Source: Octopus vulgaris (lineage: Eukaryota). From it: a stretch of 64,000 nt of DNA. The position numbers and the translations under genes are program-made. Every line of letters begins with the position of its first letter. Position 1 is the first letter of the stretch. The notes under the pieces are model-generated. The model was not told the origin of the DNA and ran no database searches. It worked only from the letters and a program-made list of their open reading frames with translations. Positions 43,026 through 54,764 of the stretch are shown here, one piece after another. The DNA is taken from assembly GCA_951406725.2 (NCBI GenBank), contig OX597830.1, positions 12,524,001-12,588,000 on the forward strand. Reading direction: 5' to 3'.

Positions 43026-44248
43026 TGTATATATATATATATATATATATATAAATGTATAATTCTATACTGTCGACGTATGGACGGATGGGTCGAGAGA
43101 CGCATATATTTGAGCTGGTGGTTATATAATATATATATGTATACATTTATATAAATATATATACCTCTCTCTCTCTCTCTTCTATATATATATATTATAT
43201 ACATCGTAGCACTCCGTCGGTTACCACGACGAGGGTTCCAATTGAACCGATCAACGGAACAGCCTGCTCGTGAAATTAACGTGTAAGTGGCTGAGCACTC
43301 TACAGACACGTGTACCCTTAGCGTAGTTCTCGGGGAGTATCAGCGTGACATGGCTGGCTTTTTGAAAATACAGGTACAACAGAAACAGGAAGAAAGAGTG
43401 AGAAAAAATTGTGGTGAAATGATTTTACTGCATCCAGGGATTATTCCAGTATTACTTCTGGTGAGGTAGTGAATTCGACGCTGCCGCGCTTCTTTGTGCC
43501 TCCTGCCGCGATATGGGTTCATCTGGTTTTGCAGATAAAATTATTCGGTAAAGTAAGCCTGAAAGTGACGGGTTTTGTTAGGGGCCACCGAAACTTTAAG
43601 TCGCATGAAACCGAATCAAACTGCTTTAAATAATACATGTAAATCCTATTAAATGTGTTTAGTGCCTTTTTTGTCTTTCATGCGTTTTCTTTTATGTGTA
43701 TACATATGAGCGTGTATATGTATTCCTAAATGTATGTACATATCCATTTTACATAGAGTTGGATTCGTTGTGTGGATGACCGTCGACAGTTTTATGACCT
43801 GCAAAACCATAGCCATCTCTTTCATGATATTCGTTATCTAGATGTTTTTAACAGCCAGTTATATTAATCTCCTTATCTACGCAGAGCCATCACATCAAAA
43901 GTAGAAAGTAACAATTTCCCGAGGTAGTTATTAAATGCATTTATTTCGGACTACATTTTACATATATCTATTAGTTTGTCACCATCTGTTTTTTTTGTTG
44001 TTTTTTTTTTGCCGTCTGGGTTCTTCTAGTCAAGTTATCTAGTTTATATATTTTGTATTTACATATACGTCTATAAATGTTATTTTAACATATATTTGAA
44101 TGTATGTGTGTGTGAGCATGCGTGGATATGTCTCTTCATTATATGCGTATGTGAATGCATACGTTTACGTAAATCTCCAAATTTTGGGGCGTGGCTACTC
44201 AGACTGTATTATCACATTGTATTACATTATATATCTGCATATATATAT

Positions 44249-44332
<84 letters not shown>

Positions 44333-44362
44333 GCAGATAGATAGATAGGTAGACAGACAGAC

Positions 44363-44448
<86 letters not shown>

Positions 44449-44865
44449 GTAAATTTCAAAACTTAAACCGAAGGACAAGGCAAAATCGGAAAATACATAC
44501 ACAAGATATGGGTATGCTTATTCCTCGTCACTTATCGTCCAGAAGAAATTACAATTTCACGCCTTTAACGACAATATTGTTCATTTTCTATGACGTTAGC
44601 AGTGGAAAACTGTTGAGAATAGTGAGCGGACGTTGAGAACAGTGACGAAAACAATGGGCACAGGTAATGGTACGACTATAATGTACAAACGAAACAAAAC
44701 ATACCATATACAAACAAAATAAAGGCCGTACCTCTCTGAAACAAAGATAGTACGAAATTTGTGTAAAAGTAACGTAAGGAAAATGTCCGGAAGGTCCGGA
44801 AACGGAAAGTAGAAATGGAGAGATTATGAGTGAAATGGAGAGATTATGAGTGAAAAAACATATAT

Positions 44866-45033
44866 ATTTTTTTCTCTCCCTTTTTTCTCTCCTTGTTTTT
44901 TCTGTGTACCTTTCTGTAGAAGAGCGTAGGCTCGAAATGTAAAAGACTTTTTCTATTCCTGAGCGTTATACTAATACATCTGTTTGTTTTGTACACCACC
45001 TGTCTTCGTCTTTTGTTTTTTGTCGTAAACTCT

Positions 45034-45036
<3 letters not shown>
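44866..45036 (+). mobile_element. CUGUNGA-family element (copy 5, 5'-truncated)
   Basis: 44909-44946: ccttt CTGTAGA a gagcgtaggctc GAAA tgT A aaaga. Ends at (TA)n. Confidence 0.75.
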
Positions 45037-45100
<64 letters not shown>

Positions 45101-45904
45101 AATAACAACAAGAGGATGGAGGTCAGCTGAATACATTTGACAATATTATAATTAGTTGTGAATGTGTTCGTTTATGGGAGTTATAAGCTTTCTCCTTTTA
45201 TTCGCCGTCCTCTTGACTGGCTGCATATTACCAAAGTTCATTCGCGGTCACCGTAAAAGCGATTTGACTTAAACAATAGGCAAGCTGTCTTCAGTTTGTA
45301 CATTAGTGTAGTAAGCAGGCTCATATACGTAGACACACGGACGATGATAGCCTTAGACATGATACAGAATAAACTATTTACAGTCACTTTTCTAATGGTG
45401 CATACACATACATTCACGCATACGTGCACGGGGAAACAGCAGGATCAATGTTTCAACCATGTCACCGACAAGTTTAATTGAACCTTTTCTTTTCTATACC
45501 GACACTGCCTCTTACTCCTTTATTCTCATTCTCATCCTTCAATTTCCCTCGCACCTCAGTTTTAACACCGCAACTTTGACCGCTCCCCTTCTTTTCATTT
45601 CACTTTTCTGTTACCTTTCACTCAGTTTCTTCTATTACTTCCTCTCTCCGTAAGTACGGTAACGCTGTGTTGTGTTCCCCGTCAGCTGCAGCCAATCTCT
45701 CAAATTTAGAGGATGTAAACCTCTGCTTACTTTCTTTTATTTTTCTCCAATCATCTAAAAGTCATACAAAACATTGGAAGCACCACTCCCAACGGTAATT
45801 TTACTGTACTCTTTCTGTTGTCTTCTACAAGTAATAGAAGTCTTTTCGACACAAACAATTACCACCGGTCACCTTGGAGTCTGATTTGTTTCATATGTGT
45901 GTAT

Positions 45905-45960
<56 letters not shown>

Positions 45961-46137
45961 ATACATAAACACACACATATATATATAAGGTTAAAACTTT
46001 TTCACTTCCAACGTATGTAAGTTAAAATACTTCATTAGAGCAGTTTCAGAGAAATGTTAATACAAGGAGTAGACATCAAAATCAAAGTACCCAACATTTC
46101 ACTCGCTGCTTTATCAGGGACATCACTTTTAACATTG

Positions 46138-46597
46138 ATACGAAGGGCGTTCATTAACGATTTCCCCTGAGCCACTTCCGGTTATTGCAGGAAACGTAAC
46201 TTGTACAGGTATAATCATACATGTCCCTACATGTCACGTTGTAAATTGCAGCTTCCCACTAGTATTCGTTTGTCTTTTACGGCTGATGAAGTGAATTAAA
46301 GTGTTGTAATGGAGGCAATTGATCAGGTTATTATACTCGAAAGGTCGTTCACAGATTTTCGATGAGATAAAAGAAGTTTATGGTGATGATGCACCATCAT
46401 ACGACGCAGTCAAGTACTGGCATCATCAGTTCAACTGTAGTCGGACATCGGTGTAAACTGCTATTCTTGGACGACCATATTACGTTATTGATGACGACAC
46501 CATCCATAAAGTGGAAGCCGTAATTTTGGAGGATCGCCGCATAACAATTCGGCAACTAATCCAAGAAGTGAAGATAAGTGTAGAGTCCGTGCAGAAG
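46138..46597 (+). mobile_element. Mariner transposon 5' fragment
   Basis: TACGAAGG-type terminus. Transposase HTH remnant EIKEVYGDDAPSYDAVKYWHHQF...GRP...IHKVEAVILEDRRITIRQL. Confidence 0.82.
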
Positions 46598-46600
46598 TTG

Positions 46601-46803
46601 TCGACGAGCTGGCAGAAACGTTAGCACGCCGGGCGAGATGCTTAGCGGTATTTCGTCTGCCGTTACGTTCAGAGTTCAAATTCCTCCGAGGTCGACTTTG
46701 CCTTTCATCCTTACGGGATCGATAAATTAAATACCAGTTACGCACTGGGGTCGATATAATCGACTTAATCCGTTTGTCTGTCCTTGTTTGTCCCCTCTAT
46801 GTT
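46601..46803 (+). mobile_element. SINE family B
   Basis: Matches the family-B consensus. Confidence 0.85.
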
Positions 46804-46851
46804 ATACTCCACGTAAATATAGTTTGAGTAAACTAATTTAATCATATCCAC

Positions 46852-47089
46852 GGACATATGGTGTAGTGGTTAAGAGCGCGGGCTTCTAACCTCAAAATTC
46901 CGAGTTCGATCCAAGCAGTGACCTGAACAATAATGATAATAATAATAACATCGAAGAATACCTTAGGAATGAGAACCTAGGTTCAGAATTTCCCCAAGAC
47001 ACCTGAAGACGGCTGGAAGGTATATCAGCCGAAACGTGTTAACAACAAGCAAGATGAGGATAAATATCCGTCGAATGTAAATAATGTAA
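46852..47089 (+). mobile_element. tRNA-headed SINE with an (AAT)n linker and hammerhead-bearing 3' tail
   Basis: A box TGGTGTAGTGG and B box GAGTTCGATCC, then (AAT)n, then the same ~150-bp unit as 9261-9405. HHR at 46998-47040: gacac CUGAAGA c ggcug..cagcc GAAACGUGUU. Confidence 0.8.
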
Positions 47090-47297
47090 TTTTATCTTGT
47101 TCCAACTATACATATGTTTTGATGTTATTGCAAAACAGTTCTCTCTTTAATGTAGAAGTTAATTATTTTGTATCGTGGAAGGCGTCGCTATTTTAATTAC
47201 ACTGAAGATATTCCTTTGATGCCGAACGTTATGTATTTAAGTTTACCATGATTATTTTTTCTATATTATAAAAATAAAAACAAAAAATTTGAATTAC

Positions 47298-47435
47298 CTC
47301 GGAAGTTCCATCTCGTAAAAATACTGAACAGCGTTCACATTTCAGTAAAGTCTGTGCCCGGTTCATAGTTTTCAAGATTAATCCATCTGGGTTGGTTTGT
47401 TCTTCGAACAGGTCATGCACAACTTCTAAAAGTGC
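47298..47435 (-). CDS. PDE exon (start of GAF-B)
   Basis: 138-nt AG/GT phase-0 exon encoding ALLEVVHDLFEEQTNPDGLILKTMNRAQTLLKCERCSVFLRDGTSE (FEEQT and CERCSVF motifs). Confidence 0.93.
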
Positions 47436-47715
47436 CTAAAATGAAAATAAATTCACTAGTTTAGAAACGTACAACATATTTAGCAAATACTACTTAAATG
47501 GATGGAAAATATTTTTGCATTAATGTTTACTCTTTCAGAAAATGATTCAACTTCTGATATTTGGATTATGTTCAAAAGTGTTTCAAGGTTTTGAAATTTT
47601 TACCTGCTTTTAAGTTTTGGTAAATATTCACAATGAAATTGTGTCTTTCACAATATTGATAAATTAAGACAAATTGCTACAATATGAACTTCAAACAAAT
47701 TGGACTTAGTTCTTC

Positions 47716-48119
47716 AGGCGCAGGAGCGGCTGTGTGGTAAGTAGCTTGCTTACCAGCTACATGGTTCTGGGTTCAGTCCCACTGCGTGGCACCTTGGGCA
47801 AGTGTCTTCTAAAATAGCCTCGGGTCGACCAAATCCTTGTGAGTGGATTTGGTAGACGGAAACTGAAAGAAGCCCGTCGTATATATGTACATATGTATAT
47901 GCATGTATCTATGTATATGTTTGTGTGTCTGTGTTTGTCCCCCCTAGCATTGCTTGACAACCGATGCTGGTGTGTTTATGTCCCCGTAACTTAGCGGTTC
48001 GGCAAACATGACCGATAGAATAAGTACTAGGGTTACAAAGAATAAGTCCAGGGGTTGATTTGCTCGACTAAAGGCGGTGCTCCAGCATGGCCACAGTCAA
48101 ATGACTGAAACAAGTAAAA
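47716..48119 (+). mobile_element. SINE family A, full length
   Basis: GGCGCAGGAGCGGCTGTGTGG...GACTGAAACAAGTAAAA. Confidence 0.9.
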
Positions 48120-48229
48120 TGTATTCTTGTGATATTTACATTTCATTTTTTATGGCAAAACATATATCCAAGGTAAATCTTTGGGTTATAAGTAATAGGG
48201 TATTTATTTTTATCCTTCTACACGGTCAT

Positions 48230-49110
48230 TGTACAGGTTAAAGGACGACCTCCCATCCGAGACCATTTTGTATCTTTATAAGTCTACAAATTCGTCCTTG
48301 TATGGAATACTGTTGTTATTTGGGGGGTGCACCATCTTGTTACTTGGATCTCCTTCGGCCGGATTCAGAAGCCAGTCTGTAATTTGATTGATTGCTCCCT
48401 TGCTTTGCATCAACTTTGCAACCCTTGTCACATGGACTTGAAGTCACCAGTTTTAATTTTTTCTGTCGTTATTGCCACAGAAAGTGCTTTGATGAACTTT
48501 CCTAGTTCCTGATCACATTGAGCTATCTCGCATGACTCAAAACTCACAGCATACCCAACCAAATGCTATTGTGCTTCTACTAATAAGGAAGTCATTCTAC
48601 GGTCGTAGCTTTTTTCTCGAACTGCAATATTTTGAAACTCTCTTCTAACTTATTGCTTCCCTCCTTTTTCTGGCCAGAACTGTTTCAAGTCTAAAGTAAA
48701 TACATTCCTTATGTCTTAATTTTTTCTTTCTTTATAGTCCTTTACCACTACATGTTTTCTCGCCTTGTTTGGGACTTTCTTACAAGAAGATAAAAGTGCG
48801 CCAAATTCAAGCTTTTCTCTCAAAATAGGTGTGCCCTTTATGTTATGTTACAGCTCTTTTCGGACCGTATAGAACCCCATGGGATCATGCAGAAGAGGGA
48901 GTTTAATGTGATTGCTATTAAGAGCTGCAACCACATCGGCCGTCTCCGTGTACCAATTCACTCATGACACGACGATCATCTTATTGCTGTAATAAGACAA
49001 ACATTGTTACAAACATCTCCCACAATTTGGAATGGCCTGCAAATTCCATGTGCTCTGTAACAACCTCTCTTCCTCTGACTTCCCTATGTAGTAGTAGTGT
49101 CTGGTGAGCA
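48230..49110 (-). mobile_element. Degraded LINE (probably RTE) remnant
   Basis: Fragmentary protein-like stretches (e.g. TGDFKS) with many stops. Family assignment is tentative. Confidence 0.4.
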
Positions 49111-49121
49111 TTGTCATTACT

Positions 49122-49331
49122 CTTTACTCTTTTACTTGTTTCAGTCATTTGATTGCGGCCATGCTGGAGCACCGCCTTTAGTCGAGCAAATCGACCCCAG
49201 GACTTATTCTTTGTAAGCCCAGTACTTATTCTATCGGTCTCTTCTGCCGAACCGCTAAGTGACGGGGACGTAAACACACCAGCATCGTTTGTCAAGCAAT
49301 GCTGGGGGGACAAACACAGACACACACATAC

Positions 49332-49378
<47 letters not shown>

Positions 49379-49576
49379 TATAGATATATATATATATATA
49401 TATATACATATACGACAGGCTTCTTTCACTTTCCGTCTACCAAATCCACTGACAGGGCATTGGTCGGCCCGGGGCTATAGCAGAAGACACTTGCCCAAGG
49501 TGCCACGCAGTGGGACTGAACCCGGAACCATGTGGCTGGTTAGCAAGCTACTTACCACACAGCCACTCCTGCGCCT
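49122..49576 (-). mobile_element. SINE family A, full length
   Basis: Near-identical to 3322-3723. Confidence 0.9.
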
Positions 49577-51016
49577 TTATATTTAGGCTAAATTTATATA
49601 TTTCACAAATTCTTTTGGCAGCTATATTACAGATTTTGATTCTCACTTCACTCCACATACCCAGGTAAAGAAAATATATTCTTACTTCGATAATGCAGCT
49701 TTACGTCCCCATAAAAAGACAGGAATGTCAAGAATGGAACGACGTTTTTTTGCTCAACATTATGTCGATCATAACTCATTCTGGGCATATCTTGATAATT
49801 GTCAATAAACGAATGAATGTAATTTTATTAATTTAATATAATTTATAAAATACACAACTAATAAAGTAATTTTGACGGTTATCTCATATTTCTGGTTTTA
49901 TCAAGAATTTCAGCTAAACACGTTAAACTTTTCCTAAGCATGTATTGAAATACAATTAAAATTTTTGAGACATGTTATTTTAAGCGATAATTTTAAAATG
50001 ACTGAAGAATGGAGGCTATAATTAAATATTCTACTCTGGCAACTTCTACCAAAGTTAACCACTAAAATTTGCATGACATTCACATACTTTTAAATTATAT
50101 GAAGTCGAGAATTTATGAAGGAAAGGTAGTATGAGAGAACTAAATATATTATTATGTATTTAGGGTCTGTAAATTCTGAATTCAATGTGGTGGTTGTCTG
50201 TAATACTTTGATACAATTCAATATTTTATCAGTCTATCTATCTACACATCTTTTATCTTTCTCCAACACCCACCTCTCACTCTCTTCTTCTTCTTCTTTG
50301 GTGGGAGCAACCAGATTTATTCTTTGATTAGAGATTTTGTGGTGCTAGGTCCGCCCAGAGTACCATTCATGAGCGACGGACATCGATACTGTCTCGCCTG
50401 TCTATGGTTTCGGCCGCAGTTCAATGTTTGAAACAAATACAACATAGATGATATATATATATATATATCTGTGTTTGTGGTTGTCGACATACAAGTGTCT
50501 AAAAACCTCCAACGTCCTCGTAATGTGTTGCAATGTCTCAATTTCTATTTTATTTCATATCAATGTGAAACGACCGTTCACTAAATACTCTCTTTCTCTC
50601 TGTGTCTTTCTCTATCTGTTTGTTTCTCTCTCTCTCTCCCTCTCTCACGCACACACACATACACAAAAACTCACACGCAGACACTTGCTTTTTTTATGCT
50701 GATATAACTGCGTGGTGGACTTTGTGTTGTATCAATAAGTTTAAACTGTCACACTTTAAGTAGCTTATAAATTTATGAAATTATTCGTATCTACAATTGA
50801 TATAGTTTCTACACACTGTCAGATTATTTTAATGGTTTGACTCTCTTTTGGTTCGTCTTCAGAAATAATTTATTAAATAATATCTAGAATGCTCCATCTC
50901 ATCAAAAATCACATCCATTTACTGTTTTCAGTTTCCACAAGTTCTGCTGGATTTATTTTCAAATTGCATCACTTTTTGTTCTACTGATTGATTGACGTTG
51001 CATACCATTTACTTAC

Positions 51017-51106
51017 CTTATTTCGCTCATATTCTCGACTGCATGCGTCAAATAGCTGTGCATTTTGAATGGCGATTCCGCAGAATGTTGTGTAAGTTGC
51101 TAGAAG
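51017..51106 (-). CDS. PDE exon (end of GAF-A and linker helix)
   Basis: 90-nt exon, ctctag acceptor and gtaagt donor, phase 0, encoding LLATYTTFCGIAIQNAQLFDACSREYERNK (FCGIAI.NAQLF motif of PDE5/11). Not in the ORF track. Confidence 0.92.
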
Positions 51107-51545
51107 CTAGAGGTAAACAGAATTAAAGAGAATATAAATATTTGATTACATCAGATTTTCGTTTCAGTTAAATATACAAAATATATAAATAGAAATTAAA
51201 CGAAGTGACGCAGAAAAGAGTTTAAAGTTGTAAAAGACAGATTTCAACAACTGGAAACATTAATAATAACATAAAATCATTTCTGTTTTGTTTTTGTTTT
51301 TTAATCTCTTTACAGTTAGTTTTGCTCAGTTAAAATCTTCAAACTGAAAGTTAGGTTATCTCTGAATAGGCTGTCACCTTTATAGACTCTACATAAGAAA
51401 AAGAAATTCAGAAGAAAAAAAGTTTTCACACCGGAATAATATTTTCGTGAGGAAATAAGAGTTATGTTGTTCGGAACAGGGCCTTCGATCAGAAATGAAA
51501 AACCCTTGACGAAATGTCTGATATCTTCTCTTTAAGTAAAGTAAC

Positions 51546-51976
51546 GGATCTTTTCGGTTTGAACGGCAGTTTTTAACATAACTTCTAGGTAACTAAAAAA
51601 TGTTAAACTTCGTATACTGGTAGAATGTGTTTATAAAACATCTTTTTCTCTTGGCTTTATTGAGAAAATTCTATAGTTTGTAAGATATTTGTTGTTTTTT
51701 TCTTCAATTTCTGCAATTTCAACCAATCAATCAATGACGTCTACTGAGGTAAAATAACATTCTGTGTCGTATGAATATGTCCCTCGTTTAAGAAACAGAT
51801 TGGGTTTATTTACATTTGCGAAGAAAAAAAAGATACCTTCCCCCTTCCCCCACCCCTAACTAACCCTAACCCTAAAACAGATTGAAATGCTATAGATCGA
51901 TACTAGGGTCATAATTATGGGTGACAATTTCATATGACACCGCTAGAATAAACTGCCGTTCAAACCGAAAAGATAC
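51546..51976. mobile_element. MITE with ~27-bp TIRs and 8-bp TSD (Merlin-like), with internal CCCTAA repeats
   Basis: GGATCTTTTCGGTTTGAACGGCAGTTT pairs with AAACTGCCGTTCAAACCGAAAAGATAC. TSD aaagtaac at 51538 and 51977. Confidence 0.85.
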
Positions 51977-52109
51977 AAAGTAACTTCTTTCACTTAGTGA
52001 AGGCTTAAAAGCACTTCGAAATAAATAATGTTATTTACTGTCTTGTAGACAGAAAAGCATTTTAAAATGCCGCCCGGGAGTCTATAGCGTATCCTTATTA
52101 TACTTATCT

Positions 52110-52672
52110 AAGGTGGCGAGCTGGTAGAATCGTTAGCACGCCGGGCGAAATGCTTGATAGCATTTCTTTCATCTTTATGGTCTGGGTTCAAATTCTGCCA
52201 AGGTCGAATTTGCCTTACATCCTCTCGGGGTCGACTACATCCACCAGCCCTCTACCTCACAATTTCAGGCATTGATCCTATACTAGAAAGGATTAATATA
52301 CTTATCTTAGTATTTCGCCCGTCGCTACGTTCTGAGTTCAAATTCCGCCGAGGTCGACTTTCCTTTCATTCTTTCGGGGTCGATTAATTAAGTAATTGAC
52401 TAGTCCCCTCCCCACAAATCTTATACCTCCCGTAGAAAGGATTAATAGACTCATCTTAAAGGCGGCGAGCCGGCAGAATCGTTAGAGCGCTGGACGAAAT
52501 GCTTAGCAACATTTCACCCGTCGCTACGTTCTGAGTCCAAATTCCACCGAGGTCGATTTTGCCTTTCATCCTTTCGGGGTCGATAAAATAAGTACTATTG
52601 AAACACTGGGGTCGATGTGATCGACTTACCCCCTCCCCCAAAATGGCTACCCTTGTGGCAAAATCTGAAACT
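52110..52672 (+). mobile_element. Cluster of three tandem family-B SINEs
   Basis: Heads or cores at ~52110, ~52305 and ~52460, all in the same orientation. Confidence 0.82.
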
Positions 52673-53015
52673 ATTTTTCTTTTCCAAATTTGTTTTCTTA
52701 TAATGAAATAAAGACATTCTTCAGTTGTCGTAACAATTGTATTGACATATAATTGTAGTCGTGTAAACATGCGAGAAGGTTAGGTAATTATGAAACACAT
52801 TGAAACCACTGGTCAATTCTATTGTATAAACATTACATCTACACACGCGCAAGTAAACATACATTCATACATACATACATTCATGCATGCATGTGTGGGT
52901 ATATGTTTTCGTATAAGTGTGTGTATGTCTGTGTGCATCTAAAATAAAGACTTTTTGTATTCATAATGATAAAGACAATATCTGTTTTTTAATAAGAATG
53001 TTTTGGAATACAAAC

Positions 53016-53183
53016 CTTTTCGTCTTCTTTGGTGAATAAATTCTTTTCATCAGGGCCTCCTCGTTTATTGATGATTTGCGCGATTCCAACAATTTCGTCA
53101 CCTGAATTCCTTATTGGCATACACAAGAGAGATTCGGTTTTGTAACCTAATATTCTATCAACTTCATCATTATATCTGGGATC
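53016..53183 (-). CDS. Exon of GAF-domain cyclic-nucleotide phosphodiesterase (GAF-A C-terminal part)
   Basis: AG/GT-bounded 168-nt phase-0 exon encoding [56 protein letters not shown], the GAF signature (DPRF..EVD..TG..T..LCMPI.N...VAQ.INK...F...DE) of PDE2/5/6/10/11. Confidence 0.93.
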
Positions 53184-53473
53184 CTGCATTAGAAGGAATA
53201 TTAGTTATGAGAATTTGGAAAAAAAATTCTAATGTAGGAAACTAATTTGGTCGAAAAGAAAATTGTGAAATGGGTCGTAACGATAGAGAAAAAAAGTGGA
53301 TACTGAGAAAAATAATGACATTTTTATTTAAGTAGTCCATGTAGAAACGATGGAAACATATCACTTCACCTGGTTATAAATATTAGCTTTCGCTCTAGCA
53401 TTTTAGCGTGTACACAAGAAGTTGGTTTAGTCTTACTCTAGATGTGAAGAAGCCGAATAAAAGGCTAGAAAGT

Positions 53474-53515
<42 letters not shown>

Positions 53516-54567
53516 ATAAAGGAAGAAAAGCAAAAAGTAAAAGCGCAGGAATGGAACACTGTCACCCAATGAAAAAAAGGCGTCTACTTAATAACAAGGA
53601 AAGTATCCCTCATGGCTTGTAAATTGTGGAGCAAAGGTTACAAAATTGAGGAAATAACAGAAAATGGCTAATGCAAGGATACATGAAAACACAAGCCTAA
53701 ATTAAACATCACAAAAAAAAAACAGAAACAAAATTTCTGCAGAAAAGCTATTACTAAAACTTGAAAGTTCAGTAAGCAAAAGAAAGAAAAAAAACATTCA
53801 AGGAACAGAAAGAAAAAAATCACAAAACAAAACAACTCCAAATGACGAAGGATCTGTGGTGGTTATTTTCTAAACCCTTTTAAAAGGGTTTAGAAAATAT
53901 CAGGAATCTATTTGAAGACATGTGACGATGAATTTAAAGAAAGAAGAATAGAAACTACGTTGGAAATATGGATGTAGAAAGTATGGTGAAGAAAAAAGTT
54001 TTCAAGGAAGGATTTCAAGCAACTCGAAAAAGAAATGGATCATAAGAGAATTGACAGGTGTTCGTAAGAACTATTTCCCGCTTCAAAACACACAAAAAAG
54101 AACGAAGCACATAAAAAAAATTTATAACGACTATCTTTAAAAAGCGCATTAACACTACCTTTAAAGAATAGTGCAAAACTTCCGATTAACTTAAGTTTCA
54201 TTTAAACTATTGCAGATCCTAAATTTCAGTTTTCAACAATCGTAGATAGAATGTTCAGCTGTTTTTTCTTTCAGCGGGGAAAAAGACAAATAAGCACCCA
54301 GAGAGTGTATGATTCACCTCGACTCGTGTGTGTGTATATATATATATATATGATAGAAATATTTCTAAATCTCTTAGAGAGATTTATACAGTAGCAGCAC
54401 AATAAAGTGATGGTATGTTGTCAATTAATGTGACAGTCCCATGAAAAGGAAGAATGCTACTGCTATTTAACTCTAGGAAACACCGTTTCCTACTGGCCTT
54501 GACACATTTCCTGTGGCCTTATGTTTACAAATGGAAGATAAGCACCTCCACCCAGCAAAACCAACAA

Positions 54568-54703
54568 CCAGAGACTAGTTTCAGAGTCATTGCACATCAT
54601 CAGTCTGGAGTAGCATGGTTTGCTAGCTGTCGATGTTTACAAAAGCAGATGGGCTTCAACAGCTAGCAAACCGTGCTACTCCAGACTGATGGAAACTAGT
54701 CTC
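54568..54703. ncRNA. Fold-back with hammerhead motif in the left arm (54568-54608, minus) and a stem-II-deleted copy in the right arm
   Basis: Minus strand: ccaga CUGAUGA ugugcaaugacucu GAAA cuag UC ucugg (perfect stem I, palindromic ACUAGU, GUC triplet). The 33-bp inner arms are near-perfectly inverted. Confidence 0.78.
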
Positions 54704-54764
54704 GAAATCAGTGAATGTATTTCACTTGAATTATTATATGTTCACAAAGGTAGATGAGCATCGA

